The notes under the pieces were generated by a model. It was not told the DNA's origin, ran no database searches, and worked only from the letters and a program-made list of their open reading frames with translations. A stretch of DNA of 64,000 bases from Candidatus Multivoradales bacterium (lineage in GTDB: Bacteria > Acidobacteriota > Thermoanaerobaculia > Multivoradales > JAHEKO01): contig CBDCXM010000008.1 in NCBI GenBank assembly GCA_965223855.1, positions 160,001-224,000 of the forward strand. Direction: 5' to 3'. Positions 9,749 through 18,336 of the stretch are shown here, piece by piece. Made by a program: the position numbers and the translations under genes. Every line of letters starts with the position of its first letter. The stretch's first letter is position 1.

Positions 9749-11935
9749 TCAGAGCGCCAGCTCGACGGTCTCCGGCGCGCGGCAACTGCTGTCGTCGCAC
9801 GCCTGGTAGGTGAGTCGGAGCCGCGCGTCCCGGCGCACCTTCTCGACCTCGAGCACGATCTCGGCACGGCCGCGGAGTATCGAGAGCGCTGGCAAGCCTT
9901 CTCCACCCTGCCACGACTCGGGCTCGGGCAGCCGCACCGCGAGCACCTCTCCCCCTTCGAGCTCGAGGGTCGTCGCGGCGGCATCGCTCTCGCCTGCCGC
10001 CTCCGCAGGATCGACCGCGGCGCCCAGGTGCCAGCCCTCGGCGATCTCGAGCACCAGCCGCAACGTGCCGGCGCCGCGCTGCAAGTCCGCCCACAGGACG
10101 GGGCGGACAATCGCGGCGTCCTCGCTCGAGGCGGAGGCCTCCTCCCCGGCGAACCGGCGCGCCGCCAGACAGAGCGTCATCGCCGAGGCGGGACTGGCCG
10201 CCGCCAGCTCGCCGAAGGCCAGCAGCGAGCGCTCCGCGAGCCCCCGGAACCGCTCCTCGCCGGTCGCCTCGGCGAGCGTCAGCAGGTTGTCGACCGCGAT
10301 GCCGTTGGCACTCGGCACCGCCCCCTCGAACACCTCCTTCGACCGCACCAGCAGGTCGTCGGCCGGCGCGGCGACGAAGAAGCCGCCGTCCTCGGGGTCG
10401 AGCAGGCGCTCCGCCTGCTGATCCGTCAGCTCGACGGCAGCCGCCAGCCAACTCTCCTCACCGGTCGCCCGATGGAGCGCCAGAAGACCGCGCACCATGA
10501 AGACGTAGTCACCCAGGAAGGCGTCGATCCGCGCCTTGCCGCCGAGCCAGGCATGTTGGAGGACACCCTCTCCGTCCCGCAACTCGTCGAGGACGAAGCG
10601 TGCCGCCCGAGCCGCCCGCTCCGCGTACTTCGGCTCGTCGAGCGCCCGCGCCGCCTCGGCGAGGCCGCCGATCATCATCCCGTTCCAGTCGGCGAGCACC
10701 TTGTCGTCGATCGAGAGTGCCGGCCGCGCCGCCCGTGCGGTAAAGAGCTTTGAGCGCGCCGCATCGACTTCGGCGACGAGCTCTTCGGTGGCCATCCGCC
10801 GACGCTGTGCCTGCGCCGCCAGCGGCTCGGGGAAGTGGATGACGTACTGCGTCCGCTCGAAGAACGGCGACTGGTCGTAGCCGAGGATCGGCGCCAGGTA
10901 CTCCGAGTCCTCGGCCCCCAGAGCAGCGTCGAGCTCCGCCCGAGTCCAGACGTAGAACGCCCCCTCGTGGCCGTCCGTCTCCGCATCGAGCGCACTCCGG
11001 AAGCCCCCCTCGGGCGCGGTCATCTCGCGATCGAGGAACTCGGCCGTCTGCTCGACCACCCGGCGCGCCCAGTCCTCGCCGGTGCGCTCGAAGTGGCGGG
11101 CGTAGAGCTCCATCAGCCAGCCGTTGTCGTAGAGCATCTTCTCGAAGTGCGGGATCTTCCACTCACGATCGGTCGCATAGCGGTGAAAGCCCCCGGCGAC
11201 CTGGTCGTAGATCCCGCCACGCGCCATCTGGTCGAGCGTCGACACGAGAATCTCCTCCGCCTGCGGATGCTCACCGAGGAACGCCTCGAGCAGCAGCAGG
11301 TTCGACGGCGTCGGGAACTTCGGCGCGACCCCGAAGCCCCCCCACTGCGGGTCGTAGCGCCGCGTCAGATCGGCCAGCGCGCTCTCGGCCGCGCCGGGAC
11401 CCGGTACCTCGCTCGAAGGCTGCGCCCGCTCCTCCAGATAGTGCCGGATCGCTTTGGCGACACTCTTCGCCTGCTCGTGAACGTCCTCCCGCCGCTCGAC
11501 CCAGGCGTCGCGCATCGACCGCAGCACCGTCGGGAAGCCAGGCCGCCCGTGCTGATCGCTCGGCGGGAAATACGTGCCGGCGAAGTACGGCTCGAGATCG
11601 GGAGTCAGAAACAGCGAGTTCGGCCACCCCCCCTGCCCCGCCATCACCTGCGTCGCCACCATGTAAATCTCGTCGAGATCCGGCCGCTCCTCACGATCGA
11701 CCTTGATGTTGACGAACCCCTCGTTCATCAACGCCGCCGTCGCCTCGTCCTCGAACGACTCGCGCTCCATGACGTGGCACCAGTAGCAGGTCGAATAGCC
11801 GACCGAGAGGAAGATCGGCTTGTCCTCGCTGCGAGCCCTATCAAGAGCTTCAGGCCCCCAGGGGTGCCAATCGACCGGGTTCTCAGCGTGCTGGAGCAGA
11901 TAGGGCGAGGTCTCGGCGGACAGTCGGTTTGCCAT
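9749..11935 (-). CDS. YyaL/SPATA20-like thioredoxin-domain protein (DUF255) with C-terminal DsbD-N-like domain
   Basis: [52 protein letters not shown]; C-terminal IAEGWHL...YQACDDSSC. Confidence 0.92.
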   Translation of the reverse strand: MANRLSAETSPYLLQHAENPVDWHPWGPEALDRARSEDKPIFLSVGYSTCYWCHVMERESFEDEATAALMNEGFVNIKVDREERPDLDEIYMVATQVMAGQGGWPNSLFLTPDLEPYFAGTYFPPSDQHGRPGFPTVLRSMRDAWVERREDVHEQAKSVAKAIRHYLEERAQPSSEVPGPGAAESALADLTRRYDPQWGGFGVAPKFPTPSNLLLLEAFLGEHPQAEEILVSTLDQMARGGIYDQVAGGFHRYATDREWKIPHFEKMLYDNGWLMELYARHFERTGEDWARRVVEQTAEFLDREMTAPEGGFRSALDAETDGHEGAFYVWTRAELDAALGAEDSEYLAPILGYDQSPFFERTQYVIHFPEPLAAQAQRRRMATEELVAEVDAARSKLFTARAARPALSIDDKVLADWNGMMIGGLAEAARALDEPKYAERAARAARFVLDELRDGEGVLQHAWLGGKARIDAFLGDYVFMVRGLLALHRATGEESWLAAAVELTDQQAERLLDPEDGGFFVAAPADDLLVRSKEVFEGAVPSANGIAVDNLLTLAEATGEERFRGLAERSLLAFGELAAASPASAMTLCLAARRFAGEEASASSEDAAIVRPVLWADLQRGAGTLRLVLEIAEGWHLGAAVDPAEAAGESDAAATTLELEGGEVLAVRLPEPESWQGGEGLPALSILRGRAEIVLEVEKVRRDARLRLTYQACDDSSCRAPETVELAL

Positions 11936-12288
11936 AACACGAGTCTAGCGGGCGGGCCGGGCGTGGACACTTCACGGCGCGCTGTCGGCCTCCAGACGTC
12001 ATTCGACTGCCCAACTTTCCTGCGCTTGAACTCATCACGTAGCTTCCACCGCCGGGTGCTCAGGGGCTCAACAGTCGGAGCCAACGGTACCCACATCGGA
12101 GATCTCGCAAGCGGCGCTCTCAGACCACTCTCCGATCGACACAGCTTGCTCGAGGCTTCCGGCTCGGCGGACTCGACGAGTTGAAGGAGGGGCGACCATC
12201 GCCGACTGGCCAGTTCGAAGTAGAGTGTGGCCGCCCGGCCGCGGCCTCTCTCGAGGCCTACGTCCTATCTCCTTCGAGGTTACGACCG

Positions 12289-13152
12289 TTGCGCGACGTC
12301 GACCGCATTCGCCGCATCGCCATCACAGCGATGTTCTCGGATGATGCGCTCATGGACCAGCTCACTCTGAAGGGTGGGAATGCGCTCCGGATGATCCACG
12401 GTATCGGAGGTCGAGCGACGTTGGACATTGATTTGTCAATGGAGGCCGACTTCGATGACTTTGACGCTGTGAAAGCTAGGGTGTTCCAACTTCTTGAGGA
12501 TCGCTTCGATTCTGAGGGCTACGTCGCCTTCGACCTTCGCTTCGAACGCCGCCCTCCGGGCTCACTGCCTGGTGATGCGTGGGGTGGCTACAACATCGAG
12601 TTCAAGGCTATATCCAAGGAGCTCTACGCGGAGTTTGAGGGCAATCGCGTACAGATTCGCAAGCGAGCCGAGACGGTCGGAGGCGACGCTCGCCAGACGA
12701 CGCGCTTTTCGATTCAGATCAGCACCTTCGAGTACTGCGGCGGGCGGTCACGAACCGAACTCGACGACTACACCATCTACGTGTACACCCTAGAGATGAT
12801 CGCGGCAGAGAAGCTACGGGCGATCTGCCAGCAACTGCCTTCTTATCCCGGCCGATTGCACCCGAAGGCACGAGCGAAGGACTTCTACGATATCTACGTG
12901 ATGTGGGACTCAAGAGCGGTCGATCTGAAGACCTCTGAGAGTCACGAGCTCGTGCGCAACACCTTCGCCGCCAAGGAGGTGCCGCTTGACTACTTGGGGA
13001 CACTCTCAGCGCCGGCAGTTCGGGAGTTCCATCGCACTGGCTGGCCAGAGGTGGTAGAGAGTGTCACTGGTGAGCTCAAGAGCTTCGACTACTACTTCGA
13101 TGCCGTCGTCGGGAACATAGTAGCGGCGCTAGAAACCCTCTGGGTGGAATAG
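12289..13152 (+). CDS. Nucleotidyltransferase toxin, AbiEii/AbiGii (DUF1814) family
   Basis: LKGGNAL...[23 protein letters not shown]; probable start TTG 12289 after GAGGT (ORF track starts at 12181). Confidence 0.88.
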   Translation: MRDVDRIRRIAITAMFSDDALMDQLTLKGGNALRMIHGIGGRATLDIDLSMEADFDDFDAVKARVFQLLEDRFDSEGYVAFDLRFERRPPGSLPGDAWGGYNIEFKAISKELYAEFEGNRVQIRKRAETVGGDARQTTRFSIQISTFEYCGGRSRTELDDYTIYVYTLEMIAAEKLRAICQQLPSYPGRLHPKARAKDFYDIYVMWDSRAVDLKTSESHELVRNTFAAKEVPLDYLGTLSAPAVREFHRTGWPEVVESVTGELKSFDYYFDAVVGNIVAALETLWVE

Positions 13153-13998
13153 TCGCCAGGCCGGGTCGTACTCGGTTTCTTGTAGGTTGTGCGCGAGGTA
13201 GAAATCAAAGTCGAGTCCGAGCTCCCTCAAGAGTTCAAGCCTCTCGCCTGGATAGCCAGCGCGTTCGAGGTAGAAGCCGAGGGCCTGGTGGTAAGGGTAG
13301 ACATAGTCGAGCTTCTTGAGCGTGGCGACCAAGACGTTCACTGAGAGTCGATCTTTGGCAGCCTGGAACGCTTCAAGGACCTTGTAGACACCTCCGGCAT
13401 AGACCGGCCTGACAGTGGCGTCAATCAGCGAGCGCTCAAGCTTGGTGGCGTCGACCCTCTCTCCATCTGGGCCGGTTGCAGTACCCACTTCGAGCCGTCC
13501 GGTGTTCTTTCCGGCGAGAACCACGAAGCGCCATCTCTCCAGCTGGTAGATGAGCTGTGAGGTGCGTTGCTCACGAGCAAAGGCGCGGTCGATCCCTTCC
13601 TGCGAGAGGCTCGAGGAGCCACGAGGTTTAGGGCTCTGCTCCTTGTTGACGTAGAGGGTCGCCGGGTCCAAGTCCGTAAGCCCATGGAGAGAGAGCGCCG
13701 TGCCGTGCGACAGATAGGCGTTGGGGCGGATGCTTAGCCCGAGCTCGTAGGGCGTCGCGTCGCCCCAGGCGTAGCGCACGAGGTTTCCATAGCCAGACTC
13801 GAAGGTGTGCTTCCTGAGGGCACCACTGGAGCCGAGATAGTGAATGAACTTGGCGGTCGTAGTGCTCTGCGCAAGGCGCCAGAACTCGCGGTTCTCCGAG
13901 AGGATGCTGGCGAGCTGTTTCTGGCCGTAGACGCGCCTGTCGGCTTCCTCGAAGAGCCGGATGATGTCGGGTCTAGCTATCTGTAGGCGGGTGGGCAT
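13129..13998 (-). CDS. Type IV TA AbiEi-like antitoxin / transcriptional regulator
   Basis: [14 protein letters not shown] and TKLERSLID motifs typical of AbiEi C-terminal domains; adjacent to AbiEii. Confidence 0.75.
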   Translation of the reverse strand: MPTRLQIARPDIIRLFEEADRRVYGQKQLASILSENREFWRLAQSTTTAKFIHYLGSSGALRKHTFESGYGNLVRYAWGDATPYELGLSIRPNAYLSHGTALSLHGLTDLDPATLYVNKEQSPKPRGSSSLSQEGIDRAFAREQRTSQLIYQLERWRFVVLAGKNTGRLEVGTATGPDGERVDATKLERSLIDATVRPVYAGGVYKVLEAFQAAKDRLSVNVLVATLKKLDYVYPYHQALGFYLERAGYPGERLELLRELGLDFDFYLAHNLQETEYDPAWRLFHPEGF

Positions 13999-14016
13999 CT
14001 CTTGCGCTGCCTTGCT

Positions 14017-14046
14017 GTGCTACCAGGTATATATACCTGGTAGCAC
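14017..14046. promoter_or_regulatory. Perfect 30-bp palindrome GTGCTACCAGGTATATATACCTGGTAGCAC, candidate AbiEi operator
   Basis: Self-complementary over 30 bp, 18 bp upstream of the AbiEi start; core recurs at 14078-14089 and 14167-14178. Confidence 0.7.
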
Positions 14047-14132
14047 GCCACAACGCAAGAGCTCGTCTGACCGGCGAGGTATACATACCAAGACCATAGA
14101 AGGCAGCTGTGGTCCCCTCCTACCCTCGCCCT

Positions 14133-14212
14133 TGCCGCATCGGCAGCGCCTTTCCCGGTCCTAGAGGGTATATATACCTACTAGGATCGGGAAAGGCGCT
14201 GCCGATGCGGCA
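14133..14212. repeat. 80-bp near-perfect palindrome centred on GGTATATATACC
   Basis: 32-bp arms 14133-14164 and 14181-14212 with one mismatch. Confidence 0.85.
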
Positions 14213-14343
14213 TCTCGGCCCGGAGTGAGCCGAAGCACCTCAACGACGAGTTGCTTCAAGGCCACGCCCACCACTCGCCTGGCACCTCCAAGAAGGGATG
14301 ACTCGATGACACGCAGCCAGGCGTGTGCGATAACCTGCGGTCG

Positions 14344-14853
14344 ATGTCGGAGGCAGTGCTTGCTGCAGTCATCGCGGCTGCAGTTTCAGGTGTCGCCGCG
14401 GTGCTGTCCTACGTCGCAACTCAGCGGAAGCTCGCGGCTGAACGCCGGAACCTAAACTCGGCGCAACGGCGAAGGCTCACGGAAAAGCTCTACGACCTAC
14501 GGTTGGACTGCTATCCGAGCGCCTTCGAAATCACTGACCGCTTGCGCGGTGAGTACCTTTTCTCGGATGGACTAGAAGCAGACGGGGGAATCTCTCGGCA
14601 GGAGGTGACCGAAGTTCGCAGTCGGCTCCTGAAATGGCATGCGACCAAGGCTGGCTTCGTCCTGTCGAACTCCTCACTTCGAGCGTACTATCAACTTCGT
14701 GACGAGCTGGCGGATTCATCAAGAGAACCCCACTCGCGAAACAAGGTTCGTAGAATCTGGCGCGCTAAGAACCAGTTCCGGGGAGCTCTCAAGGCCGATC
14801 TTGGCCTGCTCTACGAAGAGGAGCGCGAGGACAGCTTTCGCAACCAAGGTTGA
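14344..14853 (+). CDS. Hypothetical protein with single N-terminal TM helix
   Basis: MSEAVLAAVIAAAVSGVAAVLSYV then a charged helical domain; TAACCT -10 lies 7 nt upstream; AT-richer codon usage like the AbiE genes. Confidence 0.65.
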   Translation: MSEAVLAAVIAAAVSGVAAVLSYVATQRKLAAERRNLNSAQRRRLTEKLYDLRLDCYPSAFEITDRLRGEYLFSDGLEADGGISRQEVTEVRSRLLKWHATKAGFVLSNSSLRAYYQLRDELADSSREPHSRNKVRRIWRAKNQFRGALKADLGLLYEEEREDSFRNQG

Positions 14854-15018
14854 CGGCTCGCTCGTAGTTGCTATTCGGCCCCATCTACCTCAAAGGCGCA
14901 TTTGTACTCCCTGCCGCTCTGGGTTCCGGCAAGGCGAATGCGGCCTTTGGAACTCTGCGCTCACGCCTACTCGCTGAAGCCCAGAAGCCCGGACACCCTA
15001 GGCTGGTCGCGACCGGCC

Positions 15019-15714
15019 TCAGGCGTCCGCTTCGGCTAGCTTCCGATCCTGCGCCCGGGCGATCAGCAACAGGACGATGTTCCACAGGTTCCACCAGGTG
15101 AAGGTCAGCCAGCTCGGCCAGATCAGCAGGGCGACGTAGCTCCAGAAGCCGACGAAGAACGCCGCGCCGAGCAGCCCGTTCCACTGGACCTCGGGGAGCT
15201 TGAGTCGCGAGACCATCAGCGAAGCGAAGATCAGCACGACAACCGCCGCCTGGAGCGGGTGGAACTCGTCGCGCATCACCGTCACCGCCATCAGATAGCC
15301 GGCGGCGATCGGCGTCGGTACGCCGGTGGTCTTGGTCGCCTTGCCGTGGGCATCGCTCAGCAGGTTGAAGCGCGCCAGCCGGTAGACGCCGGCCATGACG
15401 AAAAGGATGCTGATGGCGACCCCGAAGCCCTCGAGCTCGTTGAGCATCGCGCGCTGCACGAGGAAGGCGGGCGCGACGCAGAAACTGATGGTGTCGCTGA
15501 AGCTGTCAAGCTGCTGGCCGAGTTCGCTCGTCGCCTTGAGCTTGCGCGCCACCCGGCCGTCGCACATGTCGAGGATGATGCCGATGAACAGCAGGTTGAC
15601 GGCGAAGTCGAACCGCCCGTTGGCCGCCGCGCACATCGAGCCGAAGCCCATGGCGAGGCAGGCGAACGTGAAGGCGTTGGGCGCGGCGTAGCGCCAGGAA
15701 TCGCGATGCGGCAC
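15019..15714 (-). CDS. pssA: CDP-alcohol phosphatidyltransferase (PssA-like)
   Basis: PNAFT, DMCDGRVARKL...G.QLDSFSDTISF, RLARFN. Confidence 0.85.
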   Translation of the reverse strand: MPHRDSWRYAAPNAFTFACLAMGFGSMCAAANGRFDFAVNLLFIGIILDMCDGRVARKLKATSELGQQLDSFSDTISFCVAPAFLVQRAMLNELEGFGVAISILFVMAGVYRLARFNLLSDAHGKATKTTGVPTPIAAGYLMAVTVMRDEFHPLQAAVVVLIFASLMVSRLKLPEVQWNGLLGAAFFVGFWSYVALLIWPSWLTFTWWNLWNIVLLLIARAQDRKLAEADA

Positions 15715-15743
15715 GGTTCGACTCTGTCTCCTCGAGCGCTACC

Positions 15744-16718
15744 TTAGCAGGCGGATGTGACAACCGAACGCTCAACCCACGCGAGGAGCTGCGGGCAGAG
15801 CCCCGGAGTCGCCGTTTCGCCGAGGTCGAGTTGCCGGGGGAAGGCGACATGGCCGCCCCCCCGGACCCAACGGATGTCGATCCGGCTCGAAGCGGCCGGG
15901 AGTGCCCCGCGCACGGTGGACGCCGGCACCATCGGGTCCCCCTGGGTCGCCACCAGCAGCGCCGGCACGCGGAGCCTGTCGAGCCGGCTCGCCACGCTCG
16001 CCTGCTCGTAGTAGTCCCGCGCCCCCTCGTAGCCGTGCCGCGGCGCCACGATGCGCTCGTCCCACTCGAGGAGCGTCGAGATCCGTGCCGCCTCGGCGAC
16101 CGAGACCGGCTGCTCGCGGCGCCTCGAACAGGCGCCGTGGATCTCGCGCAGATGCCCCAGGAGATACCAGCGGTAGAGCCGCGCCGTAGGGCGATCGATC
16201 GCTCGCTGGCCGGCCGCCAGATCGAGCGGGGGGCAAACCGCCGCAACCGCCGCGACCCTCGGATCTCCCTTCTCGGTCGCCCAGCGCAATGCCATGTGCC
16301 CACCGAGCGAGTAGCCGACGACGACGATCTGCTCGTAGCCGGCCAGCGACGGGTCGGCCAGCGCGGCGTGGAGGTCGGCCGTCAGGCCGCCGTGGTAGAA
16401 GTCCTCGCCGCTGCGGTCGGCTCCGCGCAGGTTGAGTCTCAGGACGGCCCAGCCCGCCGCCTGCGCCGACCGGGCGAGCTGCCAGAGGTAGCGGCTCTCC
16501 GCCGAGCCGCCGAGACCGTGCACGCCGACCAGCAGGCGTCGAGCGTCGGCGCGCGTCGTCTGACCAGCCCCCTCGCCGAATCGCCCGGTGAGCCGCACCT
16601 CCCCCACTTTCGGATCCACGACCGTCGTCGACCACTCGGTGGCTTGGGGAGCCGGCCCCCCGGCGAGCCGCCGCCGGACGAGCGCCGAGACCGTTGTCAG
16701 GTGACCGGAAAGTGCCAT
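15744..16718 (-). CDS. YheT-family alpha/beta hydrolase
   Basis: HGLGGSAES.Y, LNLRGA, FYHGG.TADL, GYSLGG, DPMVP, GGHVAF. Confidence 0.88.
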   Translation of the reverse strand: MALSGHLTTVSALVRRRLAGGPAPQATEWSTTVVDPKVGEVRLTGRFGEGAGQTTRADARRLLVGVHGLGGSAESRYLWQLARSAQAAGWAVLRLNLRGADRSGEDFYHGGLTADLHAALADPSLAGYEQIVVVGYSLGGHMALRWATEKGDPRVAAVAAVCPPLDLAAGQRAIDRPTARLYRWYLLGHLREIHGACSRRREQPVSVAEAARISTLLEWDERIVAPRHGYEGARDYYEQASVASRLDRLRVPALLVATQGDPMVPASTVRGALPAASSRIDIRWVRGGGHVAFPRQLDLGETATPGLCPQLLAWVERSVVTSAC

Positions 16719-16886
16719 GAAGGAAGGGCTCTGGCCGACGAGTTGCTGCGGGAGGCCTGTGCTAAGTTCTCGTCGCCTCCGGCGCCTCGATGAGGCCCTC
16801 GGAGGCACCGTCCGACCTGCCGGACGGACCCCACTACCCGCCCCAATACCCGACCCCAACGACCGTCGCGGGAGCATACGCCTGCC

Positions 16887-17858
16887 ATGGAACTTTACGA
16901 CAATCTACTCGCTACCCTCGGCAACACTCCGCTCGTGCGCCTCTCGCGGTTCTCGCCGCGGGGAGCACCGCTGGCGGTCAAGGTCGAGTCGTTCAACCCC
17001 GGCTCGAGCGTGAAGGACCGTATCGGCATCGCCATGATCGAGGCGGCCGAGCGCGAGGGCGAGCTCCAACCCGGGATGACGATCGTCGAGCCGACCTCCG
17101 GCAACACCGGTGTCGGGCTCGCGCTGGCGGCGATCCTCAAGGGCTACCAGCTCATCTGCACCGCCGCCGACAAGATGCCGTCGGAGAAGAAGGCGCTGCT
17201 CGAGGCGTACGGCGCGAAGGTCATCCTCTGCCCGACCAATGTCGATGCCGACGACCCGCGCTCGTACTACAAGGTCGCCGAGCGGATCCGCGACGAGGAG
17301 GGGGCGTTCCTCCCCTACCAGTACTACAACCAGGCCAATCCGCAGGCGCACTACGACACCACCGGCCCCGAGATCTGGCGCCAGACCGACGGCCGGATCA
17401 CCCACTGGGTCGCCGGCGTCGGCACCGGCGGCACCATCAGCGGCACCGCCAAGTACCTCAAGGAGCAGAACCCCGACATCCGGGTGATCGGGGTCGACCC
17501 CGTCGGCAGCGTCTACGCCTACTACAGCGAGCACGGCGAGCTCCCCCCCGAGGAGCAGATCCACCAGTACCTGATCGACGGCATCGGCGAGGACCTGATG
17601 CCCGGCAGCGTGTGGTTCGACTACATCGACGACGTCATCACCATCGACGACCAGTCGGCCTACGACGCCGTCTTCGAGCTCGCCCGCAAGGAGGCGATCT
17701 TCACCGGCTCCTCAGGCGGCGCCGCAGCCGTCGGCGCCCGCCAGGTCGCCGCCGAACTCGGCGAGGACGCCCTGGTCGTCACCCTCTTCCCCGACTCCGG
17801 CGAGCGCTATCTCTCCAAGCTCAACGATGCCTGGTTGAGCGACAAAGGTTTGCGTTAG
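16887..17858 (+). CDS. PLP-dependent cysteine synthase / cystathionine beta-synthase family protein
   Basis: GNTPLVRL, NPGSSVKDRI, EPTSGNTG, GVGTGGT, DSGERYLSK. Confidence 0.93.
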   Translation: MELYDNLLATLGNTPLVRLSRFSPRGAPLAVKVESFNPGSSVKDRIGIAMIEAAEREGELQPGMTIVEPTSGNTGVGLALAAILKGYQLICTAADKMPSEKKALLEAYGAKVILCPTNVDADDPRSYYKVAERIRDEEGAFLPYQYYNQANPQAHYDTTGPEIWRQTDGRITHWVAGVGTGGTISGTAKYLKEQNPDIRVIGVDPVGSVYAYYSEHGELPPEEQIHQYLIDGIGEDLMPGSVWFDYIDDVITIDDQSAYDAVFELARKEAIFTGSSGGAAAVGARQVAAELGEDALVVTLFPDSGERYLSKLNDAWLSDKGLR

Positions 17859-17926
17859 CTCTTCCACGAGAACGCATCACCAGATCTCGGGCCTGCCTTC
17901 CCCCCTGGCCAGCGACCTCGACGAGA

Positions 17927-18278
17927 GGCGAAGCGGGCGATCCACACCGGCAACCGAGGGGGCTCCGAGCCGAGCCCACCTGAAATCCCGCCCACCACCA
18001 ACGGCACCCGGCAACGGCGAGGGAGCGCGCGCCGCCCGCCGCATACCCCTGTCGCGCGACGTCCCCCCAGCCCGTTCTTGTCACACCGCAATTGCCTGGT
18101 AGGTCGTAGGTTGCTGAAGATACAAGGCTTCCGGTCGCGAGCACCGGAGGCATAGCCGTAGCTACGTCGAGGAGCGCAGCGACCGGATAACGCCGTAGAT
18201 TCGGTGACCTACGGCCTACCAGGCAATTGCGGTGTGACAAGAGCGGGCTGGGTGCCGGTGTGGAGCGCCCGCTTCGCC
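17927..18278. repeat. Outer inverted-repeat element (26-bp arms) enclosing copy 2 of the 181-bp element
   Basis: 17927-17952 GGCGAAGCGGGCGATCCACACCGGCA is the reverse complement of 18253-18278 at 25/26 positions. Confidence 0.75.
18069..18249. repeat. 181-bp palindromic structured element, copy 2
   Basis: Same length as 3717-3897; core differs at 6 positions; closing stem fully paired (one G-T). Confidence 0.9.
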
Positions 18279-18336
18279 GGCTCCAAGGCTCTTTGCCCGA
18301 TGAAAACCGCGCGAGGGCGGGCGCATCAGGAAGCCG

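Noticed and set aside
11728-12096. Possible small minus-strand ORF upstream of the yyaL-like gene
   Set aside because: Overlaps the real gene out of frame, has no recognisable motif or RBS.
14854-15018. Hairpin (CAAAGGCGCATT...AATGCGGCCTTTG) after the ORFan as an integron attC site
   Set aside because: No RYYYAAC/GTTRRRY boxes and no integrase in the window.
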